Positions 27,862 through 41,429 of a stretch of 64,000 nucleotides of DNA are shown piece by piece. Below the pieces are notes generated by a model. The model saw nothing but the letters and a program-made list of their open reading frames with translations. It was not told the DNA's origin and searched no databases. Position 1 is the stretch's first letter. Every line of letters starts with the position of its first letter. Made by a program: the position numbers and the translations under genes. The stretch spans positions 7,688,001 through 7,752,000 of the forward strand of contig OX597832.1 in assembly GCA_951406725.2 (NCBI GenBank). The letters run 5' to 3'. The stretch comes from Octopus vulgaris. Taxonomy: Eukaryota.

Positions 27862-28726
27862 CGTATCTTATCAATAAGCATCTGGACTGTTGCTACAGTA
27901 ACGAAGCTAAAACACAGAGAGTAAAGCCGCTTGGCAGAGCTTGACCTTGAACTCAGCTGTGTATGCGCATTATGTTTCAACGTTCTAGCTCACTTCTGTT
28001 GTTTACAGCAGGGTTTCGAAGGAAGGTGTGTAGCGTGTGATCGTCGCATTGACAAAGACAAAGTTGAGTAGAGAACCTTCATCAAATTTTGCCAAAAGCT
28101 TGGTGATACCTACTCAGAGGTTTTCGCAAACTTTTCAAAAGCTTTTTATCGTTCTCAACACAGTCAAGGAAATCTTGTGCAACTGAAATCCAAGTGTCGA
28201 TTTGGTCGTCTGAAGGCAGTTTTGACACAAACTTGGCAGACACACGTTTCATATGCAAGCCTCTTGTGATAATGGACTGAACTGAACCATAACTAATTTA
28301 CACATCCTCTGATATCTCATGGATGGTGATTCGACGATTTCCGCATACAGCTGCACGCACATCTGCCGGTTGCGGGTCTTCAAAAACACTCGTCAATATC
28401 GGCATTTTTTCGGCCATCTTGGAAACGTCTGAACCATTAGTACACCTCTTTGCGGCTTATACACTCCTCTTCATACACTTTCTGCAACCTTGCGTAGTTT
28501 TCTGAGCAGGTATCACCATGGCAACTTTCTCTGTTATAATCAATGCGACGATGACACGCTACACACCTTCCTTCTAAGCACTGCTGTAAACAACGGAAGT
28601 GAGCTAGAACATTAAATTTTAGTGCACAGCAGAGTTCAAGGTCAATTTGCACCAAGCAGCTTTACTCTGCGTGCTTCAGCTTCGTTAGTATGGCAACATT
28701 TTGAGATACTTATTGATCAGACCTCG
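27862..28726. mobile_element. mariner-derived element built from two inverted 5' ends
   Basis: TA-flanked termini cgtatcttatcaataagcatc / gatacttattgatcagacctcg; diverged inverted arms of about 270 bp; minus-strand HTH remnant LQKVYEEECISRKEVY*WFRRFQDGR. Confidence 0.8.
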
Positions 28727-29066
28727 TATGTCCAAAGTTTTCAACATAGCTCAGATTCATTTTCCTTCAGTGTATATGTATTTATCTTTTACGTAAATAT
28801 ACTCCCAGAGTTCTGCTTCTTGTCCACCGTGTGACAAATGTCCTTGAACACTAATGTTAGCTCTCCTTATGATATACTATAAGTGTCGTATATATTACGA
28901 TACTTATAATTTCAATCGTATGTGTACGTAGAGAGAATGTTATGTTTAGGAGCTTAACTGGATACATACTTAAATTAACTCTATATAAAGATATCGAACA
29001 ACTCTTTGACATTGATGTTCATACATAAAAATATATATCAATAAATCAATATCAATATGTATATAT

Positions 29067-31786
29067 TCGGGTTATGACTTCTTCATTGTTTTCAAAGTAA
29101 ACATTTTCCTCTATCAAAAGTCGATGGAGAATTTCATGTAAGTAGGGGAAATAACCTTTATGTTATTTAAAAAAAAAACGTTATTGAAGAAATCTAACAC
29201 CAAATCATGCAGAATTCTAGTGGGGTCCATAATGCCTATTCAAGTTTTTATTAAACTTGGTGTGCTGACTTAATGCTATGCAGAAGCAGTATATCTCAAA
29301 TTTCAACTTACAAGTTTAAGTAGCTTAGGAGTTATATAGTTTTTAATTTGTTGCCACTTACGCCCTACTTTAGGAAATATCCTCTCCTTCTCCTATTTAT
29401 TTCTGTGACGCTAAAATCTCTGACTATATTAACTGTTTTTCAGAATAGTAGGTTTATCCAACTAGAGTATCTAAAATAATGCCTCATAAGAGAAGTGCTT
29501 GTGTCACTCAAAGAACAAAAAAAATCTGGACGAAGAATATCGTGCAATTTCAAGACTCACATTGGAAAAGAAGACCTGTTCCTCTAGAAGAGCATTCTTT
29601 GAAAAACATCTGTAGGACGCCAATGAAACTTCAAATTGTCGGTCGATGGCTTGGAGGTACCATCAAAGGAAGGAAAGAAAGAGCAAAGGAAATTTAGAAA
29701 GAAGTAACTTTTTTATGTCAAAAGAAATTAAATTTCCCATATTTATCAATTCAAAATTTAGAAGCAAAAGTAGAATTAGTGCTGAATACCTACGATAAAT
29801 GTGTAAAACGAGGAAAATATAATTCCCTGAAAGGATTTTTTGACATCACAAAAGAAAACGGTGAATGGCTGTGCAGTGAGGATAGAAGGTTATATTACCT
29901 TCAAATTGAAAGGAAGGGAGAGGTTGGGTATGGAGCCAGTTCCAAAAATGTCCATCCATCCAAAAGAAAAAGTGTTCTTAATGCCGCCTTCAACCAGAGC
30001 AACTCCAGTGTCATCGTCAAAGTCTTAAGCAGAGACTGAAAGCAAATATCAAAAGTTCGAAAAATCAGATGAAGAATCCACACAAACAAGGAGGAAGTAT
30101 AGCAGAACTGAAACTACAACCAAGTTAGTAAGATATCTTCCAAGCTATCGACCCAAAAAGCAACAACAGTTTGTCAATTATCTCAAGATGGAATCAACGT
30201 CGAGACTCCTTCCCAATCTGGTATTTACAGATCGATTATCAAAGAAGCTGTTAAACTAAAAAAGAAAATGAAGAAAACATTACATTTGGAAGGTTGATCA
30301 TTGCATTTTGATGGTAAACGTATTGAGGACCAAGAATACCAAGTGCTAGTTTTAAAGAATGAACAAGAAGAAGCACTCCAATTACAAAACGGAAAACCGA
30401 TACTGTTGTGAAAGGTATAACAGCTGTTTTAGATAAATACAATTTATGGAACTGTGTAAAGGTGATTGTTACTGATACAATGAGTGTGAACACTGGGAAA
30501 AGAAATGGCATTGTCATTCAGTTGCAAAGACTGTTTGCTTGAAAGGATTTGAAACAACCGCAGTCTATTGGTCGTTAGCATCATATCCTTGATAGAGTTC
30601 TTCGTGTTGTAATGGATAACGAACTTGGAGAAAAAAAAAGTCATCTCCCAATATTGAATATGCATTCATCCCAAAGCTTCTAAGTAATTACGAGAAACTC
30701 CAAGCTAATTTCAACTATGGCGCAGAAAAGATTACTGAATCAGCAGGATGGCGAAATGACACAAAATGTCTATTTCATTTGACCAGAGTTTTTCATTTCT
30801 TTCAAGAAACCGACAAATTTCCTACTGTAATGTTTCAAAAAAGTAATTCAAGATGGAATTTTCTAACAATTCTGGCTCTTTTGGCATTTATTCTTCTACC
30901 AGAGAAAAGAGATCTGCTTCTCAATATTTGTTGATTCATTTCTTACAGCTGGGCAGATTTTTGGTTCAGTTACCAAATGTTCAATGCACATGATTATCAA
31001 AAGTTATGTGGTAGCCTGCAAGTTCATAAAAAAGCATTGAACTCTGTAAAAAACTTTTCGAGTCGAAAACCATCAAAACTGGAAATTCTCAGAACAAATC
31101 AGAGTGCAGAACGGGCAATCAAGTGCCTTCAAGATCTTTATGATGTTTGTAAAAAGAAGGAGAAACTTCAGCTTCGATTTATTTTATCTAACAAAACATA
31201 TTAATTCTTTCTCATGTTCAAAAGTTTGCAAACATTCAGCACACTTTTTCTTATACAGTTATTTAAACTTGTAATTAAACCTATAAAGTTAAAATATGTC
31301 TTGTTTTTAATTTTGTATGTTAGTGAATGCTTGTAGTGGCTTCTGTCCTAAAACAGCCTAGTTTTGAACCTTCAGATTATGAAATTTCAATTCAGTAATC
31401 TTAAAAATGCATAAATACACTTTTATTCCACATCACTCTTGTTTTTACAAGGATTTAGGCAGCGAAAATACTGAAGTATGAACCTAGTGCCACTTAGTGA
31501 TTATAGTTTTAAAAGCCCATAACTCCGAACCTACTTTAACTAGAAAGCTGAAATTTTAGATATACTATTTCTTCATTGCATTGAGTCAGCACACCACGAT
31601 TCGTAAAAACTTGAGCAGGCTTTATGAACCCCACTTCACACCACCAGAATTTTGCATGATTTGCTTCGAAAGTGGTGACCGATTTCTTAAGTTGGGGTGA
31701 AGATTTCTTTTCAAATAAGGCAAAATAAATGTTAGTTTCCTGGCTTTTATGAAATTATTCATCGAGGTTGTGAAAAATTCATAACC

Positions 31787-31789
<3 letters not shown>
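29067..31789 (+). mobile_element. hATm-like DNA transposon, near full length, transposase pseudogenised
   Basis: Termini tcgggttatga...tcataacccta; imperfect inverted repeats of about 300 bp; possible 8-bp TSD gtatatat/atatatat; motifs LHFDGK, TDTMSVNTG, HHILD, SRWN and TNQSAERAIK across frameshifts. Confidence 0.75.
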
Positions 31790-31831
<42 letters not shown>

Positions 31832-31936
31832 GTATATATGCATATATGTGTGTACGTGCGTGCGTGTGTATGAGTATGTGTGTGTGTGTTTGTGTGTGTG
31901 TGTTGCTAGATTTAATTTAATATTTTGCAGTTTCTT

Positions 31937-32385
31937 AAGGTGTCGAGGTGGCAAAATAGTTACTACGCCGGGGAAATTACTTAATAGCATTTCGTCAGTC
32001 TTTATTCTCTGAGTTCAAATTCTACCGAAATCGACTTTGCTTTCCATCGTTTCGGGGTTCCATTAAATAAGTACCAGTTGAGCACTGGGGTCGATGTAAT
32101 CGACTGGCACCCTCCTTTAAAATCGCTGGTTTTGCGCCAAAATTTGAAGCCAATATCTTGCGGTTTCTCAAATCTGCGCTAGGTAGAATTGTTACTGCGC
32201 AGGAAAAAATACTTAGCAACAGTTCTTCCTACTTTACGTTCTGAGTTCGAATTCCACCGGAGTCAGCTTTGCCTTTCATCTATTCGGAGTCGAGGAAACA
32301 AATAGCAGTTGAGCACTGGATCGATGTACTCGACTTATCCCCACCCTCGAATTGCTGGCTCGTGCCAGAATTTGAAACCAGTATT
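31937..32385 (+). mobile_element. tandem pair of diverged B-related SINEs
   Basis: Two consecutive units, each with ctgagttcraattcyaccg...agttgagcactgg...aatttgaarcca. Confidence 0.75.
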
Positions 32386-32723
32386 AGAAGGTTATTTACC
32401 GAAATGCAGTACATTATAATATTAATTTAATTTAGATTAATTTTCTTGAAAGTTAATGCAAATATACAAATAAACGTGGTATAATTGATCGCTTATTTTT
32501 GTTTTATTGCATTCTCATTGTTTTGAGAAAATATAAAAAAAAATACCCTGTACAGCTATATACTTTGAATCTATGATAATAAATCTCATTTTCTCAGCTT
32601 CGAATTTATTCTTTCTAATTTTGGCACAAAAGCCAGTAGTTTTGAGGGAGAAAGGGAAATCGATCGACCCCCAGAACTTGACTGGTACTTATATTATCAA
32701 TTACTGAAAGCTGAAAGGCGAAG

Positions 32724-32935
32724 TATTTACTACCCACAAGGGGCTAAGCACAGAGAGGACAAACAAGGACAGACAAACGGATTAAGTCGATTATATCGAC
32801 TACAGTGCGTAACTGGTACTTATTTAATCTACCCCGAAGGGATGAAAGGCAAAGTCGACCTCGGCGGAATTTGAACTCAGAACGTAGCGTACGAGAAGAA
32901 ATACTGTTAGGAATCTTCGTCTAACTCGCTATTAA
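32724..32935 (-). mobile_element. SINE family B
   Basis: tactacccacaaggggctaag...gtcgacctcggcggaatttgaactcagaacgt. Confidence 0.85.
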
Positions 32936-33335
32936 TTCTTCCCAACATTTAATTTATGCGTTATACAAATGCTTACGACATAAATGACTCGGTTTTCAGC
33001 TGCTGTATAGCAGTTGTTTACATCACAAATGCTTGATACTCATTTCATATATCAACGAAATACAATGTCTGAGAAATGTAGAGAACATTTATTACAGAGT
33101 ATCCTACGAGAAGATTATAGATATGGCTACTTATATACAAACATACCATGCAATTAATCAATGTAACTAGGTGCATATGAACTTAGGTAGTACAGTTTTA
33201 GTTAATCTAAATGAGATATTGAATTTCAGACAATGTATACAAAGGCTCAGTGAGTGAGCGGTGCTATGATTTCATGTCTATATGAATTAAACGAAAAGGA
33301 AGAAAGTCCTGTAATATAACACATAAAGAAAATCT

Positions 33336-33407
<72 letters not shown>

Positions 33408-33415
33408 TATATAAG

Positions 33416-33474
<59 letters not shown>

Positions 33475-34854
33475 GTATATATATATGTATGTACATATAT
33501 ATGTATATATTTGCATATATATTTATATACACGTATACACACATATCGCAATATACCTCGCACCGCTCACCGACACACATGTATGTGTATGTGTTTACTC
33601 ATGTATTCCTGTATAAACGTATATATTTATGTATGCATGCATGTATTATACGTACGTACGTATATGTGATACGCCACCATGTCATTTCAGAAATGCATTA
33701 ATAGAAGTCGCTTAAAATAAACACAGATGATGTATTTCAACGTTGAATTACTCATTGAAATCAATAATTTGCACTTGGCTCTTGATTCAGTTTCGAGCAT
33801 CACAATAAATTATTGATAACTTTTCCGTATTGTTTAGTTTTCCTAATTTCAAACACTAACTTGCTAGCAATCATTCATGTACACAGTTATTGGATACATA
33901 TTTGTTTGCTGGTTTCTTTTCTTCTTATTACGATTTTTCTTGTCTTTTAGACATGTATAATTTATAATGCTTCGTTCGTAAGCTTGAATTTTAATATTTA
34001 CAGGAAGCAGCTCGAAACCGTTGTTGTTGGTAATAGCATTTCACGTTGAAATTGATATTAAAATATTAAATCTTGCTGAGTAAAACTGTTATTGTTTCAT
34101 ACAATACTGAGCAAATGTTTAGGAAGGAAAGTTAGTAATGATTCTAATGGTGTATGTGGGTAACATTTATTTCAGTAGTTAAGATAATAGAAACAGTACT
34201 GCACTAGACCAAACTGACGTATATACAGATATTGTATTTATCATTGTCATACGACTTGTGATTTCAAAGTAATCCTTACTCCTTGGATATCTTTGCCTTA
34301 CCTCCTGGAGTAACGATATGTATCACATGTTGATCTTTCACTCCTAGATGGGCCCGCAATAGGAAGTGCTGCCAACATTTTGCCTTCTCATTTCTTTTTA
34401 TTGGAGCAGAGTAAACGATACATCCTAAAATGTACTTTCTCTTTTGTTCAAGACGGTAGGGTGCGATATGAGTGGATATTCAACTGTTATTTCTAGCATA
34501 TCACTGAACAACTTAAAGGTCAGGCATTTAAGAGGTCAACTGAATAAACGTGACATAGCAAATTTAGATTTTTGTGCGAATGTAAGATATTAAATGGAAG
34601 TATAGGGACAAGAATAGCTGAGTGGTGAAAGGACTTGTTACCAGTTCGGTTATACGACGCGGCATCTTGGACATGCGTCTTCTACAATAGTAATGATTTG
34701 ACCAATACTAAGTAAATGAAACTTAGAAGGGGGAAAATTATGCGTAAAACTCTCATGTGTATGTGTGTGTGTGTGTGTTTGAATGTATGTATGTATGTAT
34801 GTATGTATGTATGTATGTATGTACGTATATATAAATTTAAATATATATTATACT

Positions 34855-35258
34855 CTTACTATTTACTCTTTTGTTTGTTTCAGTCATTTGACTGTAGCCA
34901 TGCTGGAGCACCGCCTTTAGTCGAGCAAATCGACCCCAGGACTTATTCTTTGTAAGCCTAGTACTTATTCTATCGGTGTCTTTTGCCGAACCACTATGTT
35001 ACGGGGACGTAAACACACCAGCATCTGTTTTCAAGCGATGTTGGGGGGATAAAGACACACAAACATACACACACAAACACGTACATATATATATACATAT
35101 ATATGACAGGCTTCTTTCAGTTTCCGTCTACCAAATCCACTCACTTAGCTTTGGTCGGCCCGAGGCTATAGTAGAAGAGACTTGCCCACAGTGCCATGCG
35201 GTGTTACTGAACTCGGAAATATGTGGTTCGTAAGCAAGCTACTTACCACACAGCCACT
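34855..35258 (-). mobile_element. SINE family A, full length
   Basis: Reverse complement of the 2388-2803 copy. Confidence 0.9.
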
Positions 35259-35297
35259 ATATATATATATATACATAATAATAATAATATATATAAT

Positions 35298-35496
35298 ATA
35301 TGTTTCTTATTTTTATAAAAGAATGTCGTTGACCGTGATTTCGAAGTTTCGGTCGGCTAAGCTACCGCCGGACTGTCGATTATGGCTTAGCTGACCGAAA
35401 CTTTGCAGACACTGTCAACAACATTCTTGTATAAGAATAAATTTGTATTCTACAGATTAAATTCAGATTATTTTATTACAAATGAACATAAAAGAA

Positions 35497-35500
<4 letters not shown>
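35298..35500. mobile_element. small palindromic element between microsatellites (inverted relative at 46432-46630)
   Basis: Internal arms aagaatgtcgttgac...aagtttcggtcggctaagc / gcttagctgaccgaaactt...gtcaacaacattctt. Confidence 0.65.
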
Positions 35501-35587
<87 letters not shown>

Positions 35588-35593
<6 letters not shown>

Positions 35594-35843
35594 GTCAAAA
35601 TTAGGGTGAAAAAATTGGATATTAATTTAATAACACCAGTTTAAACACCGAGTGGCCTAGCGTATAAAAGACTGCGATTCAGTAAATATTATTAATATAC
35701 AACTATAAGAGAGAATCCACTATGTGGACACTCTTACGCTATATATAGATCCGCAAAGGGAATCCACCACAATCCAGAACAATTCTCAGTTGTGGATTCC
35801 CTTTGCGGATCTATATCTAACGTAAGAGCGTCCTCATATGGAT

Positions 35844-35850
<7 letters not shown>
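35588..35850. mobile_element. (TA)n-embedded hairpin element (PLE-like terminal fragment)
   Basis: Inverted arms about 35709-35767 and 35792-35849; end similar to 19313-19383. Confidence 0.55.
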
Positions 35851-35927
<77 letters not shown>

Positions 35928-37831
35928 CACATATATGAGAGTGTATCTGTGAGTGTGTGCGTCTGTGTTGATATATAAACGCATAGACACATACACACCT
36001 ATATATTTATGTGTGTGTATGTATTTGTATATATCAGTGCATATCTATGTGCCATGTTAAGTACTTTTAACCGTAAAAGTAAACATGTCATTCGAAATCA
36101 TAAAATGAATACGAATCTCAACTAAAAATACAGAGTGTGGCGATATGGTCGATTATGCACCTGATGGCAGTGCTCTTTCTTGGCCACACTCCAATGAACA
36201 CACAAGCAAAGTAATACAAGAACATATATATATATATATATATACGTTTTTTCTAAACATTTATTTTGTTCGAAAAAGCAGAAAAGTTGTATGTTGATAA
36301 GGTCGGCGATTGACCTTCATGCCGTTAAGTTTTCTGCCTCTGTTTATTGAGATCAGATACATATGTGGATGACTATGTTGTCGGGTAATAGAGTTTGATC
36401 TTCTACCCATTTACACAACCTGAACGTTATTCTATGTTTATTGTGCAAAATTTTCTTGTTCAAAATTTCTCTTGACTACATTCCAATTTTTGTATTCGAA
36501 AAACATTGTTGATCAATGAAACCATTTTATTTTGTCCTGAGAACACATCTGCACTTTTAATAGTGTCTTTTACCAGCACCTGCACTACCACCACCACCAC
36601 GACCACCACCACCACGACCACCACCACCACGACCATTACCACCATCGAACACCAACACCATCGAACATCACCACCACCACAACCACCATCGTCACCACCA
36701 CTAAAACATACCGACACAACCGTCACCGGTATCAGCACTTAGTAATAGCGCAACTGCCATCACCAATCCGACCATGACCACCACCATCTCCACCACCACC
36801 ATCACCATCACCATCACCACTATCTTCATGATCACCACAAACACAACCAGCGCCACCAGTTCCACCGCCGCCGCCAAATCACCAAAGCACAAATCCACCA
36901 CCACTACCATCTCCACCAACGCAACCACGCCATCACTACCTCTACCACCACCGCTACCACACCACCGCTATAATTACCACCATCAAGTCCTCCACCACTA
37001 ACACAACATCACTATAACACCCTCACGCTGCCACGCCATCACTATCTCACTTTCCTAGCTCGAAATCCCTTCACCACGACCACCACACTTATCGGAACGT
37101 CCACCTGTATTCTTAAGGATTCCTAAGATCTTAACGTGATACGAGATTTGCTGGATGTCCTCTCGCAAGTGATGACAGTTGCTATCCAGTCTCAGCATCT
37201 GCAATCTGAAGTCTGCAAGGATGACGTGTTGAATGGTGAAGGGTGGTGGAAGGAGACACCGGGAAGATAACGGTTTAAATAAGGATTGCAGCAAAAAAAG
37301 GATATACATAAAAAAAGCAACCATCTCCATATCAGAACTGTCAAGGGTTGGTGTGGGGCATAGGAACCTGATGGATACCCTCCACCCGTGCTCTTTCTTT
37401 TCTGACAATTTTATTAAAATACATGGGTGATAATATTAATTATTATAATGATGATGGCGATGATGGTGGTAGTAGAGACGATGATGTTCATGATGATGGT
37501 GATGATTATGGCGATGATGATAATGGGGGCGGTGATGATGATGGTGGTGCTGATGAAACTGATAATGAGGATGATATGTTGACGACGACGACGACAACGA
37601 CGATGATGATGGTGATGATAATGGTGATTATGCAATTGATGATAAGGATGATAACAGTGAAAATACTTCAGCTGATAGTGGTGATAATGATGATGAGGGC
37701 GATGACAATGAAATAGTCGAAGACGACGACGAGGACGACGACAGTAATGATGATGCTGATGATATATATATATATATATATATATAGTGAATTGAAGAAA
37801 TGGAGTTGAACGAAGATTGAACAGAAATCGT

Positions 37832-37926
37832 TTTATTGCATTCTACACGTGTTTCGAAAGGCACAATTTACCAAATTCCGATTGAATAAGGAGACCATAT
37901 TGTGTCTTTCTCTTCAGGAAGAAATA
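37832..37926 (-). ncRNA. type I hammerhead ribozyme motif (left arm)
   Basis: Reverse complement of the 38496-38590 motif. Confidence 0.8.
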
Positions 37927-38495
37927 GGAAATCCGTTGGAAAAAACAAAAACAGAACAGAGGCGGAGCAAAACAAATCGAACGAGGCTCCTAAGAGCCCA
38001 TGGCCAAACTGTTTATCAATGTATGTTGAAAACGGGTGGTGGGTGCGTTGAAGATTTTAACGGGTCAGGCAGCGGTCATTCCGGTGGGTGTGAGCACGGG
38101 GTGCGTAGATGTTCTTTGTGACCGAGACTAAAGTTCTGACTATTTAAAGAATATTAGGTGTACTGTTCTATATATGCGCGGCCGCAAGTTGCGGCCGCGC
38201 ATATATAGAACAGTACACACAGACATGTTTCTAAGTAGATTTTTTCTCGCCCCATATAATACACCTAATATTCTTTAAATAGTCAGAACTTTAGTCTCGG
38301 TCACAAAGAACATCTACGCACCCCGTGCTCTCACCCACCGGAATGACCGCTGCCTGACCCGTTAAAATCTTCAACGCACCCACCACCCGTTTTCAACATA
38401 CATTGATAAACAGTTTGGCCATGGGCTCTTAGGAGCCTCGTTCGATTTGTTTTGCTCCGCCTCTGTTCTGTTTTTGTTTTTTCCAACGGATTTCC

Positions 38496-38590
38496 TATTT
38501 CTTCCTGAAGAGAAAGACACAATATGGTCTCCTTATTCAATCGGAATTTGGTAAATTGTGCCTTTCGAAACACGTGTAGAATGCAATAAA
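38496..38590 (+). ncRNA. type I hammerhead ribozyme motif (right arm)
   Basis: ttc | CTGAAGA (38505-38511) | gaaagacacaat...attgtgcctttc | GAAA (38567-38570) | cacgtg | TA | gaa, then AATAAA at 38585. Confidence 0.8.
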
Positions 38591-38792
38591 ACGATTTCTG
38601 TTCAATATTCGTTCAACTCCATTTCTTCAATTCACTAATAATATTAAAATTCAATTATCCGCACCAACGCACGGTTGCAACACCATATGGTTGTACCTCC
38701 AACCGTGCTGTCTTCTGCTGTGATTTTTGCTACCAAGGTATCGGTTAAACTTTTGATTAATCTGCAACAAGATTATTCATCTTTCTATTTCA

Positions 38793-38831
<39 letters not shown>

Positions 38832-39568
38832 CATATATTTCTATGTATATATATGTATATATATATATTCTTGTATTACTTTGCTTGTGTGTTCATTGGA
38901 CTGTGGCCAAGCCAAAGCACTGCCATCAGGTGCATAATCGATCATATCGCCACTCTGTATTTTTAGTTGAGATTCGCATTCGTTTTATGATTTCCAAGGT
39001 AATGTTGAGGATGTTTGTGACAATGATGATTATGAGGACGGCGACGAGGAAGGCGATAATGATAACGATCATTATCGTCATAACATGAGCGTAGTGTTGA
39101 AGATGAAGATGACATTAATAGACAAGCGTGTTGAACATCTATCCTTCCTTTAAGATGATTATGTTATCATTTTATTAATATCTTGTTGGTTGTACAACCG
39201 AATAGATTTCACATCTGAATGTAGCGTGAACTCTATGTAGTATTTCAAGGATTACCATCAAGAAAAGGGAACCGTTAACACTGCAAGGTAGAAGCAAAGA
39301 GTCGTTCTCTGGCTGCATAAACATGATGTTGTTGTTTAAGCTCTGTTCACCAATAATTGACAAACGCAAACATCAAAAATGTTTCAGTGGTCACCCTTGG
39401 CTTTTCTCTATATCAGAGACAAGTGTCTCTGTACATTTTATTTTTCATGACAACAGTGCTGAATCAGAGAAATTTAACAGCAATTTTTTGTTATTCGAGT
39501 AACTATGTCTCGATATTATCTCAAGCTCTCTTATAACTTACTAACATATTCAGATCAGAAGTGACCAT

Positions 39569-39636
<68 letters not shown>

Positions 39637-41039
39637 CAAAAACAGCGCTGTCTAGGGTGTCATCGTCATCATCATCATTACCATAATCAAATGAAGGATT
39701 TTTAACCATTATCATCCGCTTCCTCCCCCTACTCCTCTTCTTTATCATCATCGTCATCACCACCACTACTACGTGATTTACTAATATAGTCGGACCAGAC
39801 CATTGGTTCGAATGTAAAGGGATTATCTACCAGATTAACGTTTGACTATGAAATTTTGTATTGCAGTGGACATGCCCTAAACAAATAACCTCGGTATATC
39901 TAAGGAAATCACTGAGCGTCATTCACCAATAGCTCCTTAACGAAATGTCTAATATACTATGGCCAGTATAATCCTTTGTTATAAACAATGAATATAAGGA
40001 GCCAGTGACTCTAAGGCGTATTTGATTGGGTTGCAGTGGTTTATTGAATTATTTTGTGCAGGGAAAGATAAACTGGCCTTGGCTATCATCTTCTCTCATC
40101 TTCCAAACAGCATAGCAACCAATAATAAACACTGGTCATATATTTGTACATCTCAGAAAACAAAAATAATTAGCTTGCTGTTTAGCTAACTAGAATCAGC
40201 ATTATCATTATGAGTTTCTCTATAACCAACGAGACACTTGTGCGTCATTGCAATAACTTAAACGCCATGATTGCCATAAATGGACAGAAAAAAGAACTGC
40301 TCTCAAAAACCGTGCAAAACGAAAACAACTAATTCTGTACATTATCACGACCATCAGTACATGTACGAGCTATTCCTCTATTAACGAACCGACATCAATG
40401 CAACAGATATAAAACTAAACGAAAGAAACTGTTTTACAATCCTATATTTGCGTCTCATATTTATATCTATCATCTCTGTCAAAAGTCACCGAACAGAACA
40501 ATGTATCATCGTTATCTTTCTCACACTATAAATGAAATGATGGTTTTACAGTGTAACAAAGTACTTCAGGCAAAAACAGCAGAACAATTAAGATACATAT
40601 AATAAACCAAATTTAAAGCCAGCTATATTTTCTTTTCCATCGCTCAGCTTCAAGATATATTTTCATAGTGTATATGTACATGTATGTATGTATGCATGTA
40701 TGTATGTATGTATGTATGTATGTATGTATGTATGTATGTATGTATGTATGTATGTATGTATGTATGTATGTATGCATGTATGTATGCATGTATGTATATG
40801 TATATATATACATATATATATTACATATATATATATACATACGTAAACACATACGTATATATATATATATGCTAATCAATATATATCTATATATATCTAT
40901 ATACATACATATATGCACATACACATATAAATGTGTATATATATATATACATATATATATACATATACACTCACATATGTCTATGTACATATATATACAT
41001 ACGTTTATGTTCCTATAAATATATGTACATATGGATAAA

Positions 41040-41088
<49 letters not shown>

Positions 41089-41429
41089 ATTAGTATTAAT
41101 TTCAGCTTGCTGAAATGCCATTCATGATTTTATGACAAAGACTTAAACATATAAGATATACATATTTTCTATAAATATATAGCATTTATAGAAAACATAC
41201 AGAGTACAGAATATGTTGCAGTATTTTCTGTCAGCCATTATGTTCTGGGTTCAAATCCGGGCCATGCCATCTTCGGCTTTCATGATTCTACTTCAAAAGA
41301 AATGAGATCGAAAAAAATCGATTATAGTATTTAAAGTCACCAATATAGCATTGCTTCAATCCAATGTATTCGTAAATGCAAAAATTTGTCCTTGCTTTTC
41401 GTTTTTTCGTTTGGTTTTTGTTCCTTATC

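Larger units (their letters stand above)
37785..38637. mobile_element. 853-bp snap-back palindrome made of two inverted Penelope-like LTR arms
   Basis: Arms 37785-38162 and 38260-38637 (378 bp, 2 mismatches seen), plus a perfect 30-bp inner palindrome centred on G38188. Confidence 0.85.

Noticed and set aside
32544-32560. miR-10-like taccctgta
   Set aside because: Only 9 nt match and no precursor hairpin.
38158-38218. NotI linker/vector contamination or viral hairpin telomere
   Set aside because: Continuous with the element arms; no vector, Rep or capsid sequence nearby.
37849-38573. Duplicated 80-90 aa ORFs MFRKAQFTKF...
   Set aside because: By-product of the palindrome; non-ATG start, antisense to the hammerheads, no recognisable domain.
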